A stretch of 60,406 nucleotides of DNA, counting the filler. It is 6 parts of 6 records of this genome, joined end to end, with 100 filler letters (N's around TTAATTAATTAA, not from the genome) between each part and the next. Parts side by side here need not be neighbours in the genome. Positions count along the whole stretch, not along the records: positions 8,307 to 26,963 come from DRR723986_14255; positions 27,064 to 32,183 come from DRR723986_14307; 4 more parts are not named here. One strand, written 5' to 3'. The position numbers and the translations under genes are program-made. Of this stretch, positions 19,771 through 29,379 are shown one piece after another. The notes beneath the pieces were generated by a model that was not told the origin of the DNA, did not search any database, and saw only the letters and a program-made list of their open reading frames with translations. How positions within the stretch are numbered: the first letter of the stretch is position 1; each line of letters begins with the position of its first letter.

Positions 19771-20769
19771 ATGAAGTTTACAAGATTATATATTGCAGCT
19801 TTTTGCATTTTAGGTTTCGGTTATCAATCGAAAGCACAGGATTTTCACCTTTCCATGTATGATGCAGCACCGCTATTCCTGAATCCAGCAATGACAGGTG
19901 TTGTTGAAGGAAATTGGAGGGTTCATGGCCAATACAGAACACAATGGAAAGCGGTTAACTTTAAACCATATCAAACGGCATTAATTAGTTTTGACGCTCC
20001 GGTTAAAAAATGGGGGTTTGGTGGTCAAATCATCAACTATAGAGCTGGTGTCGGGAATTATAACGTAACCCAAGGAGTTTTCTCCGTGGGATACACACTT
20101 CCTCTAGACAAAAAACAAGCAAACCAAATTTCTTTCGGTATTCAAGGTGGCTTGTCAAAAAAGTCAGTAGAATATCAATTGCATACATTCAACAATCAAT
20201 ATTCTACTGCAGATGGCGGATCATTTGATAATGGCCTTGCTAACGGAGAAAATTTTGGAGGACAATCATTCTTCATTCCTGAATTGAACGCAGGAATATT
20301 ATATTACTACGCAAAGCAACAAAGTCGACTTAATCCTTTCATTGGAGTTTCTGCTTTTAACTTGCTTACTCCTAATGAATCATGGTATGGAGTAACAAAT
20401 AAACTCCCAATGAGGTTTTATGCTCATGCCGGAACAAGAGTAAATATCACAGAAACATTATACTTGATTCCTAAAGTATTATACATGCAACAAGAAAAAT
20501 TCACTGAGTTAACTTTTGCAGCTGATGTGGGATATTTCTTAAAGAAAAGTGAACTTTATTTATTGGGCGGTCTAATCTTTAGAGCAAAAGATGCATTTGT
20601 TGTTAGTTTGGGAGCAAAAAAACAAAACTATATTGCAAAATTGGCTTATGATATTAACTTGTCAAGCCTATCAGGTGCATCAACGGGAAGAGGTGGTTTT
20701 GAAATATCCTTTACCTATATGCATCAAAATAAAGATAAAAAAACTGTGAAAATCTGTCCTAGACTATGA
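19771..20769 (+). CDS. PorP/SprF family T9SS membrane protein
   Basis: QDFHLSMYDAAPLFLNPAMTG, YRTQW, GGFEIS, C-terminal ICPRL. Confidence 0.92.
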   Translation: MKFTRLYIAAFCILGFGYQSKAQDFHLSMYDAAPLFLNPAMTGVVEGNWRVHGQYRTQWKAVNFKPYQTALISFDAPVKKWGFGGQIINYRAGVGNYNVTQGVFSVGYTLPLDKKQANQISFGIQGGLSKKSVEYQLHTFNNQYSTADGGSFDNGLANGENFGGQSFFIPELNAGILYYYAKQQSRLNPFIGVSAFNLLTPNESWYGVTNKLPMRFYAHAGTRVNITETLYLIPKVLYMQQEKFTELTFAADVGYFLKKSELYLLGGLIFRAKDAFVVSLGAKKQNYIAKLAYDINLSSLSGASTGRGGFEISFTYMHQNKDKKTVKICPRL

Positions 20770-22871
20770 TGAAACGAATTTCTAGACTTACCATCCTTAG
20801 TTTATTACTCGTACTTTCTACAAATTCCTTTTCACAGGCAAAGAAAGTGTGGCTTTATAAGGCTGACTACTATTATGAGAAGAATGATTTCGCCTCTGCT
20901 TTAAGACTTTACCAGATGGTATTAGATGAAAAACTAGGCCTATCTACACGTGTAATTCCTTATGAGATTACATTATCTAATCAAAAATTAAAGGATCCAA
21001 ACAAAGAAGGGGACTCTGCAAGGACTGTCACTACTGAAGATTATGTTCATCATCAAATAGCCATGTGTTATCGTAAAACTTATGATTACAAACGTGCATT
21101 AGAATATTTTGAGAAATCGGCGAGCACTAATGGATATCCTGACGATTACTACTATATAGCCAATTCCATCATGAATCTTGGAGATTATGAAAAAGCCATG
21201 GAAGCTTATCAGAAATTCATTGGACTTGAAGGTACTTCGGATCGATTAATCGAGCGTTCTTTAGACGACATGTCCGGCTGTAATTATGCAATCAAACTTG
21301 AAGCAGATGATGACATCTTTGTGAACATTGCTGATTCAGCTATTTTTAATCAAGGCTCAAGCTCGTTTGGAGTTACTTATTGGGGAAAAGAGTACAATAA
21401 AGTAGTTTTCTCTAGCGCGCGTGAAGGAAGTGTAATTATTGACCCTGAAACGCAAGATCCTGAATACTTGCTTGACTTGTATTGGACTGAAACCTCAGAT
21501 GGAGAAAAATGGGATGAGCCGAAAAATTTTGGAAGACCATTAAACTCTTCTCGTCATGATGCTTCAGGATGTTTTGATCCTGGTCACGCCATCTTTTTCA
21601 CAAGATGGGGAGACGACAACCCAAGAGAAAGATACATCTATGTAGCAAGAGAAATTGGAATGCGATTTTTTGAATCTCAAAAATTAGATTCGCTAGTCAA
21701 TTTTCCAGGATTTCAATCTATAAATCCTTTCGTAACAGAGGATGGTCAATGGTTATATTATTCCTCTAACAGACCAGGCGGTTCTGGAGGCTTTGATATT
21801 TGGAGAATAAAATTAGCCGAAAATGGACAATTAGATGGTGAGCCTGAAAATATTGGAGGCCCAGTAAATTCTGAATTTGACGAACGTGCGCCATTCTACC
21901 ATCAAAAATCAAGGACCCTATTTTTCAGTTCTGACGGACACAAAAGCACTGGTGGATTAGACATTTTTAAAAGTAATTATGATAGAGATGCCGAATCTTT
22001 CGGCATTCCAAAAAATGCAGGAGCGCCTATCAATTCTCCAAAGGATGACAGTTACTTCATTGCTAATGAAGATTTGACGGATGGTTTTTTATCTTCCAAT
22101 AGAGATAGTTGTACGACTTGTGATTCTGTTTTCAACAACTTGTGTTCATCATGTTATAAAATCTTTGAAGTTCAACTTCCACCTATGGAATTTAAAATTT
22201 CTGGATATGTATACGACATGGCAACGAACGAAATAATTCCTAATGCCACTGTTGAATTTAAAGACATCACCTATAAGTGGGAGCATTTTGAAGTTAAAAC
22301 AGACGACAAAGGATATTACGAGCATGAGCTTATCCCGAATCTAGAATTGTTTTTGAGAGCAAGCAAAAAAGACTATTTCGCAGATAAGGCAGTTGTATTT
22401 ACTGCTGGTGAAACAGAATCAAAAAATTATAGACAAGATTTCTATTTGGAGCAAATCCCTCAAGGGGAAATTACAATCGAGGGAATTGAATACGACTTTG
22501 ATAGTGCAAACTTGAGACCTGTTTCAATTGAAATATTGGACAAGCTTCTTGAATTCTTAGAATTGAATAATAATTTAAAAATTGAGATTCGATCTCACAC
22601 GGATGAACGTGGAAGTGACAGCTATAACTTGAAACTTTCACAAAGAAGAGCTCAATCTGTGGTAGATTACTTAATAGAAAATGGTATTCCAATGGAGAGA
22701 CTAGTTGCTAAAGGATATGGTGAAACCATGCCAGCAGAAGTACCTGACGCAAATGGAAACCCCGTTACGTTAACTCCTGAATACATCTATTCTTTAACTG
22801 ATGAAGACCTTCAAGAAGAGTATCATCAAAGAAATAGACGTACAGCATTCTTCGTTTTAGAACAAGAATAA
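20766..22871 (+). CDS. PorE-like TPR/PD40/carboxypeptidase-regulatory/OmpA protein
   Basis: TPR-like N-terminus, SSNRPGGSGGFDIW PD40 repeats, OmpA motifs SHTDERGSDSYNLKLSQRRA and NRRT. Confidence 0.88.
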   Translation: MMKRISRLTILSLLLVLSTNSFSQAKKVWLYKADYYYEKNDFASALRLYQMVLDEKLGLSTRVIPYEITLSNQKLKDPNKEGDSARTVTTEDYVHHQIAMCYRKTYDYKRALEYFEKSASTNGYPDDYYYIANSIMNLGDYEKAMEAYQKFIGLEGTSDRLIERSLDDMSGCNYAIKLEADDDIFVNIADSAIFNQGSSSFGVTYWGKEYNKVVFSSAREGSVIIDPETQDPEYLLDLYWTETSDGEKWDEPKNFGRPLNSSRHDASGCFDPGHAIFFTRWGDDNPRERYIYVAREIGMRFFESQKLDSLVNFPGFQSINPFVTEDGQWLYYSSNRPGGSGGFDIWRIKLAENGQLDGEPENIGGPVNSEFDERAPFYHQKSRTLFFSSDGHKSTGGLDIFKSNYDRDAESFGIPKNAGAPINSPKDDSYFIANEDLTDGFLSSNRDSCTTCDSVFNNLCSSCYKIFEVQLPPMEFKISGYVYDMATNEIIPNATVEFKDITYKWEHFEVKTDDKGYYEHELIPNLELFLRASKKDYFADKAVVFTAGETESKNYRQDFYLEQIPQGEITIEGIEYDFDSANLRPVSIEILDKLLEFLELNNNLKIEIRSHTDERGSDSYNLKLSQRRAQSVVDYLIENGIPMERLVAKGYGETMPAEVPDANGNPVTLTPEYIYSLTDEDLQEEYHQRNRRTAFFVLEQE

Positions 22872-22872
22872 A

Positions 22873-23133
22873 TTGTTCAGAGTTGCCACTATCTTGGGTG
22901 CATTGATTTGTTTCATTGCTGCTGGAGTCTTACATTTCCACATACAAACCCTATCGAACAGTAAAAATCCTGCCCTTCCTCAATATATTTATAGAGATAT
23001 TGATGAATCCATTGCAGAGTTCGAGATGTATAGAATGGCCGTATTCTTTCTTGCACTGTTCCTATTGTTTTTCACCCTATACCTGTTCAATAAAAACAGA
23101 AGTGCAAACCCTGAAATACTTGATGATGAATAG
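22873..23133 (+). CDS. Small two-TM hypothetical protein
   Basis: 86 aa, TTG start 1 bp after the upstream stop, two hydrophobic helices. Confidence 0.55.
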   Translation: MFRVATILGALICFIAAGVLHFHIQTLSNSKNPALPQYIYRDIDESIAEFEMYRMAVFFLALFLLFFTLYLFNKNRSANPEILDDE

Positions 23134-23206
23134 ATCAAATTAAATCATCATCTGTCACAGCCATATTTCTAATTGAATTAAGATAAATCAAATGCCCAGA
23201 AACAAA

Positions 23207-23232
23207 AAAACCTTTGATCACTCAAAGGTTTT
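23207..23232. terminator. Probable bidirectional intrinsic terminator
   Basis: AAAACCTTTGA-TCAC-TCAAAGGTTTT between convergent genes. Confidence 0.75.
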
Positions 23233-23252
23233 CTTAAAATCTTAAAAAGAAT

Positions 23253-26200
23253 CTATTCTTTAATGATTCTTCTGTTAACAATTAAATCGTCTTGAATAAT
23301 TTGAATGATATATACTCCGTCTTTCAAATATGTCAGGTCTAGATTCGTTAAGCCAGATGAAATATTTTGTTCTGAATAAACCACTTGACCGTTTACCGAT
23401 ACAATCTGGATAATATCTGCTGGTTCATTTAATTCTAGATTAACTAACCCGATTGATGGATTAGGATAAATATTAACCTCGAAAGCATCTACCTCATCAA
23501 TTCCAATAGTTGTAATCGTGATGATATTGTTTACCTCAGAGAATTTCTCACACCCATTCATATCCGTATACAAAAGTGTGTACTGCCCATTTTGCCCTTG
23601 CATTACCCAATCAATAGAGTCATTTGTTTCACCAACGAGTGGCGACCCATTGAAATACCACTGATTTCCAGATGTATAGGATGAAATTAACCATTCATTT
23701 ACTTCAAATATAACTGGTGCTGAAGGTAATGGATTGACTTGAACAAATACTGAATCCGTTCCGAAACAAGAGTTTGCATCATAAGCATCCAAATAATACC
23801 AAGTATCCGAAGTAGCATGAGACCAAGGATTAGCAACGATATTACTCGAAAGGCTTGGATCAAAATCCCAAACATAAGTATCTCCTCCAGTCGCCATTAA
23901 TTGAGTAGAATCACCAATACACATGGAAGTATCCGGTCCTGCATCAATCGTAGGTAATGCATAAATGCTCACTGTTACGCTCGCTGTATTTTCACATCCG
24001 GTTGCAGTGACTGTTCCTGTCACGGTATATGTTGTAGTAGTAATTGGGCCTACAGTTGGGTTTGAGATATTGGTCGGCGTTTGAAAAGTTGGATGAAAAT
24101 CCCACTGATAAGTTGTTGCTCCTGTCGCATTTAATGGTGTTGAATTTCCATCACAGACTCCAAAATCAGAGCCAGCACTTACCATTGGTAACGGATCAAC
24201 TGTGATCTCAACTGAATCAACATTGGTACAATTATTAACGTCTGTCCCAGAAACATAGTACCATGTGTCGACAACTGGAGTCACCCAAGGGTTGTTAACA
24301 TTCGGATCAGACAAGGTAGGATCAGCTACCCACTGCCAAGTTAAAGCGCCAGTTGCAAATAATTGTGTCGAATCTCCCAAGCAATGTGAGTCAGTTGGAC
24401 CAGCATCCACTCCAGGTAATGACAATGTCGAAACAGTCACTTGATCTTGATCTGTACAACCATTAGCGTCTGTTCCGGTAACAGTATAAGTTGTTAAAGA
24501 AGAAGGAAAAGCATGGGGATTCGGAATTACCAAACTTGACAGAGACGGTGAAGCATTCCATAAATAGGTAACTGCACCTGTTGCATTCAGTTGAGTTGAA
24601 TCTCCAACACAAACTTGATCATCTAACCCAGCATTTACAACTGGCAGAGTGTATAGAGTAACTTGTACAGAGTCATTGTTTTCACAACCATTTCCATCTG
24701 TTCCGGTTACATAATACCATGTGTCTGCCGTTGGTGTAGCTGTCGGGTTTGGAATATTTAACTGAGACAAACTCGGGTCAACCTCCCATAAGTAATTCGT
24801 AGCCCCAGTAGCATTCAATGGTCCTGAATCACCAGGGCACAATGAAAACGCTGTCCCTGCATCAACAGATGGCAAAGAAAAAGCCGTAACATTTGCATTA
24901 GCAGAATTCTGACAACCATTAGAATCTGTAATGGTAACCATATAGGTTCCAGTTGTATAAACCGTAATAAAACTATCAACTGCAGAGGTGCTCCATAAAT
25001 AACTGTCATAAGTATCTGTGAAAAGCGTAACACTGTCTCCTGTGCAAAAACTCAAAGGATCATTATTATAAATTGTAGGTGATGGTATTGGATTAATAGT
25101 AACAGTAACAGTATCAAAATCAATACAGCCAGAGGCGCTCTGAGAACTTACAGTATATACGGAAGTAGTATTTGGGTTTGCCGTTGTTGTCGCACAAGAT
25201 GTACATGATAAACTTCCTGCATCACCACTCAAAACGGCCCAAGTAATATTTGTCCCGCCAGATGCTGTTAGATTAACAGATTGCCCAAGACATAAGGCCG
25301 TATCTGGAGAAGCGATCGTTGTTAACTGACAATATTTAATGGTGCTGTAATCAAGATTTGTTGAGCCTCCGTGACTGGCACCTGTTACAAAAATATTCTC
25401 CGTAGGATCTAATTCCATTTTAATAGCTTGATCACTCAATCCTGAAGGACCGTCAAATCTTGTTTCCCAAATTAAATTACCAGCAGCGTCATATTTCACT
25501 GTAGTATAATCGTTATTTGTTCCTGATTCATAACTATAACCTGTCAAATAAACGAAGCCTGTTGCAGAAATTTGAATATCAGTTGCCTCATCAAATCCGG
25601 CTCCCGAACTAGTGTAACGATCATTCCATAACTCAACTCCAGAAGTATTATATGCTATCGTGTAATAATCTTCACTAGAAGATAATGATTTACTTCTTCC
25701 AGTTACAAAGACATTTCCACTTGTTTGATCAACTTTCAATGCATTAATTCTATCCAGAGCTTCTGCATCTCCAGCATAAGTCTGAGTCCATTGATGCACA
25801 CAAGAATTATTAAATTTCATTAAAACGTAATCCTCTTCTTCTACAGGTGCGTTAAATCCCTGTCCACCAATAAAAATATTTCCGCTTGCATCCAGATCCA
25901 TGGCATGAGGTGTATCTAATCCATTAAATCCAGCATCTTGAGTAGCAGAATTCAATAAAGTTCCTGCAGAATTAAATTTCATTACTAAGAAATCAAAATA
26001 AGTCGTTCCGGAAGAAAATTCAGAGTGACCGGCAACATAGACATTATTTGAGGCATCTGTAAGTACTACTTTTCCTTCGTCATTTGCCGCTGTTCCATTA
26101 GTTTGTTGCCATGCTAGTGCTCCAGAACCTGAATTACATTTAAGTACAATCCAATCAATATCGGTAGCACTAAAGGAATATGTTCCAGTAATCAAGACAT

Positions 26201-26654
26201 CATTGTTTCCGTCAACAGTAATGTCTTTTCCTCCATCAAAGTTTGCAGACCCAGAATGCACATATGCCCAATCCTGAGCCCCAGTGACTCCATCATACTT
26301 TACAACAGCAATATCCCAATCTGATCCAGAAATAAATTGCGAACCAGTCACAATGACATCATTATTACCGTCTAATGTAATTGCCGCTGCCTCGTCCAAA
26401 CCTGAACCGCCGTAAGTCATGGCCCATTGTTGAACACCAGCCGAATTATACTTTATCGTAACCCAATCATAGTTTGACCCATTAAAAGAAGATCCAGTAA
26501 CATAGGTATTACCGGCTGCGTCCAAAGCTAAATCTACGGCCTGGTCCACAAAACTGCCAGCCCCGTCAAAACGAGATTCCCATTGAACATTAATTTGAGC
26601 GAAAGATAAGTTCAAGAAAAAAGTTGCCACTGCAACGGTTAGAATTCTTGACAT
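23253..26654 (-). CDS. T9SS type A cargo: SBBP-like beta-propeller, tandem Ig-like repeats, Por secretion tail
   Basis: Repeated D..GN.YVTG / D..T.KY units; VDAG...C.GDS.QL.ATG repeats; CTD IYPNPS...GVYIIQI...RRIIKE. Confidence 0.88.
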   Translation of the reverse strand: MSRILTVAVATFFLNLSFAQINVQWESRFDGAGSFVDQAVDLALDAAGNTYVTGSSFNGSNYDWVTIKYNSAGVQQWAMTYGGSGLDEAAAITLDGNNDVIVTGSQFISGSDWDIAVVKYDGVTGAQDWAYVHSGSANFDGGKDITVDGNNDVLITGTYSFSATDIDWIVLKCNSGSGALAWQQTNGTAANDEGKVVLTDASNNVYVAGHSEFSSGTTYFDFLVMKFNSAGTLLNSATQDAGFNGLDTPHAMDLDASGNIFIGGQGFNAPVEEEDYVLMKFNNSCVHQWTQTYAGDAEALDRINALKVDQTSGNVFVTGRSKSLSSSEDYYTIAYNTSGVELWNDRYTSSGAGFDEATDIQISATGFVYLTGYSYESGTNNDYTTVKYDAAGNLIWETRFDGPSGLSDQAIKMELDPTENIFVTGASHGGSTNLDYSTIKYCQLTTIASPDTALCLGQSVNLTASGGTNITWAVLSGDAGSLSCTSCATTTANPNTTSVYTVSSQSASGCIDFDTVTVTINPIPSPTIYNNDPLSFCTGDSVTLFTDTYDSYLWSTSAVDSFITVYTTGTYMVTITDSNGCQNSANANVTAFSLPSVDAGTAFSLCPGDSGPLNATGATNYLWEVDPSLSQLNIPNPTATPTADTWYYVTGTDGNGCENNDSVQVTLYTLPVVNAGLDDQVCVGDSTQLNATGAVTYLWNASPSLSSLVIPNPHAFPSSLTTYTVTGTDANGCTDQDQVTVSTLSLPGVDAGPTDSHCLGDSTQLFATGALTWQWVADPTLSDPNVNNPWVTPVVDTWYYVSGTDVNNCTNVDSVEITVDPLPMVSAGSDFGVCDGNSTPLNATGATTYQWDFHPTFQTPTNISNPTVGPITTTTYTVTGTVTATGCENTASVTVSIYALPTIDAGPDTSMCIGDSTQLMATGGDTYVWDFDPSLSSNIVANPWSHATSDTWYYLDAYDANSCFGTDSVFVQVNPLPSAPVIFEVNEWLISSYTSGNQWYFNGSPLVGETNDSIDWVMQGQNGQYTLLYTDMNGCEKFSEVNNIITITTIGIDEVDAFEVNIYPNPSIGLVNLELNEPADIIQIVSVNGQVVYSEQNISSGLTNLDLTYLKDGVYIIQIIQDDLIVNRRIIKE

Positions 26655-26867
26655 AAAAGTAGTTTTTAGTATTTCAATCTGCTAAAGTAAAGAAAATGTC
26701 CGTTGAATCAAAGCATTAAAAAAGATAGATAACATTTTTTCATAGATGGATAAATGAAATTGTTAGATGAATAACTCAAATAGTCGGATTAGTATTCTAA
26801 AAGTTTGCTTTAAAAGATTTATATCCATAATTTCGTGGTTTTGTACCTACTCTAAAATGAGTTGAAA

Positions 26868-26963
26868 ATGAAAAGATTACTACTACTATTTAGCTTACTC
26901 ATTGGAAGCTACTCTTTTGCTACTCACGTTGTTGGAGGAGAAATCATCTACCAACATGTTGGT
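26868..26963 (+). CDS. Truncated secreted Bacteroidota protein (5' end only)
   Basis: MKRLLLLFSLLIGSYSFA-THVVGGEIIYQHVG: signal peptide plus THxVGGE start typical of large T9SS cargo; runs into the linker. Confidence 0.7.
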
Positions 26964-27063
26964 NNNNNNNNNNNNNNNNNNNNNNNNNNNNNNNNNNNNN
27001 NNNNNNNTTAATTAATTAANNNNNNNNNNNNNNNNNNNNNNNNNNNNNNNNNNNNNNNNNNNN
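26964..27063. other. Artificial contig linker
   Basis: Same N44-TTAATTAATTAA-N44 pattern. Confidence 0.99.
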
Positions 27064-27452
27064 ACCGCAGCGATATCCGATTTCACCCGCCGAAGCTGCC
27101 CCGACAATGTATCGGGGTCATAGGGGCTGAACTCGCGAAACCGGATGGTCATGTTGGTGTATTTGAATTCGTCGATCGCCGCCTCAAGCCCGTCGCGCAG
27201 CACTTTGAAAAACGGGTTCGGGCCAACCGGGACAAAGACCTCTACCGCCATCGGTTGCGCCGCCACGCGCGAGGACAAAACATCCGGCGCATAGCCCAAT
27301 TCCCTGAGCGCGGCCTCAACCTTGGATTTGGTGCTGGATTTGACACCGGGCCTTGCATTGAGAACCCGGTCAATGGTTGCACGGGACAACCCTGTCAGCC
27401 TGATAACGTCCCTGATCCGAGCGCGTTTTCTGGTCACAACGATCCTTTGCAT
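27064..27452 (-). CDS. LacI family regulator (3' truncated)
   Basis: IRDVIRLTGLSRATIDRVLNARPGV HTH. Confidence 0.85.
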
Positions 27453-27659
27453 CCCGTATGGTGCGTATCAGACTGGACTTGCTCAGCTTCTGCTTGCAGG
27501 TTCTGATTGCCACATGAATCTACCATGGATTGAACAAATTGCGAGTGTCATATTTTTGAGGCAATTGTTTCATGTTTTTGCCGTAATCCATTCTTTTTCT
27601 TGCGAAAAGTTTTCTACCTTCGTAGACAGTTGGTACTTACTATCGGAAAGGAAAATGTG

Positions 27660-27989
27660 ATGGTGACCCGCAAGCCGGACGATCCGGCGGATGAGGTGCC
27701 TTCGGTCGTAGACCTGATCGCATTCAAATCACAACGCATTTCCCTCTATAGCCACGCGCTTGAGGCGCAGCGTCAGGCGACCGCGGACAACAACGGTGAT
27801 CCCGAAACGAAGTTTCATCCGCTGCTGTCCACAGAAGGGCTGATGCTGGCGTCGAAATTGGTCGAAGATGTCGCCTATTCTTTTGCCACGCTGATACCCG
27901 AACAAGAAGTGATCGGCCTGCTGTCGCTCTCTGCCAAGATTGAGCGCGAAATGCACAGGCTTGATGGTTTGGACCTCGGCGCAGGCTAG
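27660..27989 (+). CDS. Hypothetical protein (~109 aa)
   Basis: ATG preceded by AAGGA; GC-rich codon pattern; lies upstream of HMG-CoA reductase. Confidence 0.55.
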   Translation: MVTRKPDDPADEVPSVVDLIAFKSQRISLYSHALEAQRQATADNNGDPETKFHPLLSTEGLMLASKLVEDVAYSFATLIPEQEVIGLLSLSAKIEREMHRLDGLDLGAG

Positions 27990-28064
27990 CTCAGGCCGCG
28001 GTTGCATCGGGTTGAAATCGGCGGATGATGGCTCAGACCGTTTCCACATTTCAGAGATATTTTT

Positions 28065-29369
28065 ATGCCCACCGATGATCGCCCCAAAAACACCTCAACG
28101 TCCTCGCGCGTTGAAGGTTTGCGCAACCTATCACCGCAGGGCCGTTTGGCCCGCGTTGCAGCGGCGACCGGATTGGAGGCTGCGGACATCGAGGCATTGG
28201 CCGGGGCTGGGGCGCTTGATCCTCGCACGGCGGACGGGATGATCGAAAACGTGATCGGAACGTTTGAGCTGCCTATAGGGGTGGCCACGAATTTCATCGT
28301 GAATGGCCGCGAGGTGCTGGTGCCAATGGCGGTGGAAGAGCCGTCGGTCGTGGCTGCGGCCTCCCATATGGCCAAGATCGCCAGAGGCCATGGCGGATTT
28401 ATCGTCCGCAGCACCGCGCCGATCATGCGGGCGCAGATCCAGATCCTCGATCTGGCTGACGTTGATGAGGCCCGTGCGCAATTGCTGGCCCAAGAGGCGG
28501 AATTGGTGGCACAGGCAAATGCCTGTGATCCGGTGCTGGTCGAACTGGGCGGCGGATGCCGGGGCATTGAGGTGCATGTTTTCGAAACCTCGCCCATTGG
28601 TCCGATGGCGGTGCTGCATCTGCTGGTCGATGTGCGTGATGCGATGGGCGCCAATGCGGTCAATTCCATGGCAGAAACCCTCGCCCCAAGCATCGAAGAG
28701 ATCACAGGCGGCAAGGTACGGTTGCGGATCTTGTCCAACCTCGCCGACAAACGGCTGGTCACTGCGCGGGTGAAGTTGCCCTTTGCGGCCTTGGACACCA
28801 AGACGCTGAACGGGCGCGATGTGGCGCAGGGTATCGTGGAGGCCTGCACGCTGGCACTGATCGACCCCTACCGCGCAGCGACCCATAACAAGGGCATCAT
28901 GAACGGCATTGATCCTGTGGTTCTGGCAACCGGCAATGATTGGCGGGCTATCGAAGCAGGCGCACATGCCTTTGCCGCGCAGTCCGGCCAATACCGTGCC
29001 CTCACGACATGGGAGTTGGGGGAAGGCGATACATTGGTCGGAAAACTTGAAATGCCGATGGCCGTTGGCATCGTTGGCGGGGCAACCCGCACCCATCCGG
29101 CAGCGCAGGCGGCGCTGCGCTTGATGAATGTATCGTCGGCACAGGAACTGGGCGAGATTTGCGCGGCGGTTGGTCTGGCCCAGAACATGGCCGCGCTCAA
29201 GGCTTTGGCGACCGAAGGCATTCAAAAAGGCCATATGGCCCTACATGCGCGAAACATCGCGATCACTGCCGGCGCCACAGGGGGGGATGTCGATAAGGTT
29301 GCCAAGATGTTGGTGCAGCAGGGAGAGATCAACGTCACTGCGGCCAAAGCCATCCTGGCCGCAGATTGA
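28065..29369 (+). CDS. mvaA: Class II (degradative-type) HMG-CoA reductase
   Basis: ENVIG, EEPSVVAA, DAMGAN, RAATHNKGIMNG, GIQKGHMALH. Confidence 0.93.
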   Translation: MPTDDRPKNTSTSSRVEGLRNLSPQGRLARVAAATGLEAADIEALAGAGALDPRTADGMIENVIGTFELPIGVATNFIVNGREVLVPMAVEEPSVVAAASHMAKIARGHGGFIVRSTAPIMRAQIQILDLADVDEARAQLLAQEAELVAQANACDPVLVELGGGCRGIEVHVFETSPIGPMAVLHLLVDVRDAMGANAVNSMAETLAPSIEEITGGKVRLRILSNLADKRLVTARVKLPFAALDTKTLNGRDVAQGIVEACTLALIDPYRAATHNKGIMNGIDPVVLATGNDWRAIEAGAHAFAAQSGQYRALTTWELGEGDTLVGKLEMPMAVGIVGGATRTHPAAQAALRLMNVSSAQELGEICAAVGLAQNMAALKALATEGIQKGHMALHARNIAITAGATGGDVDKVAKMLVQQGEINVTAAKAILAAD

Positions 29370-29379
29370 CCCTGTTCCC

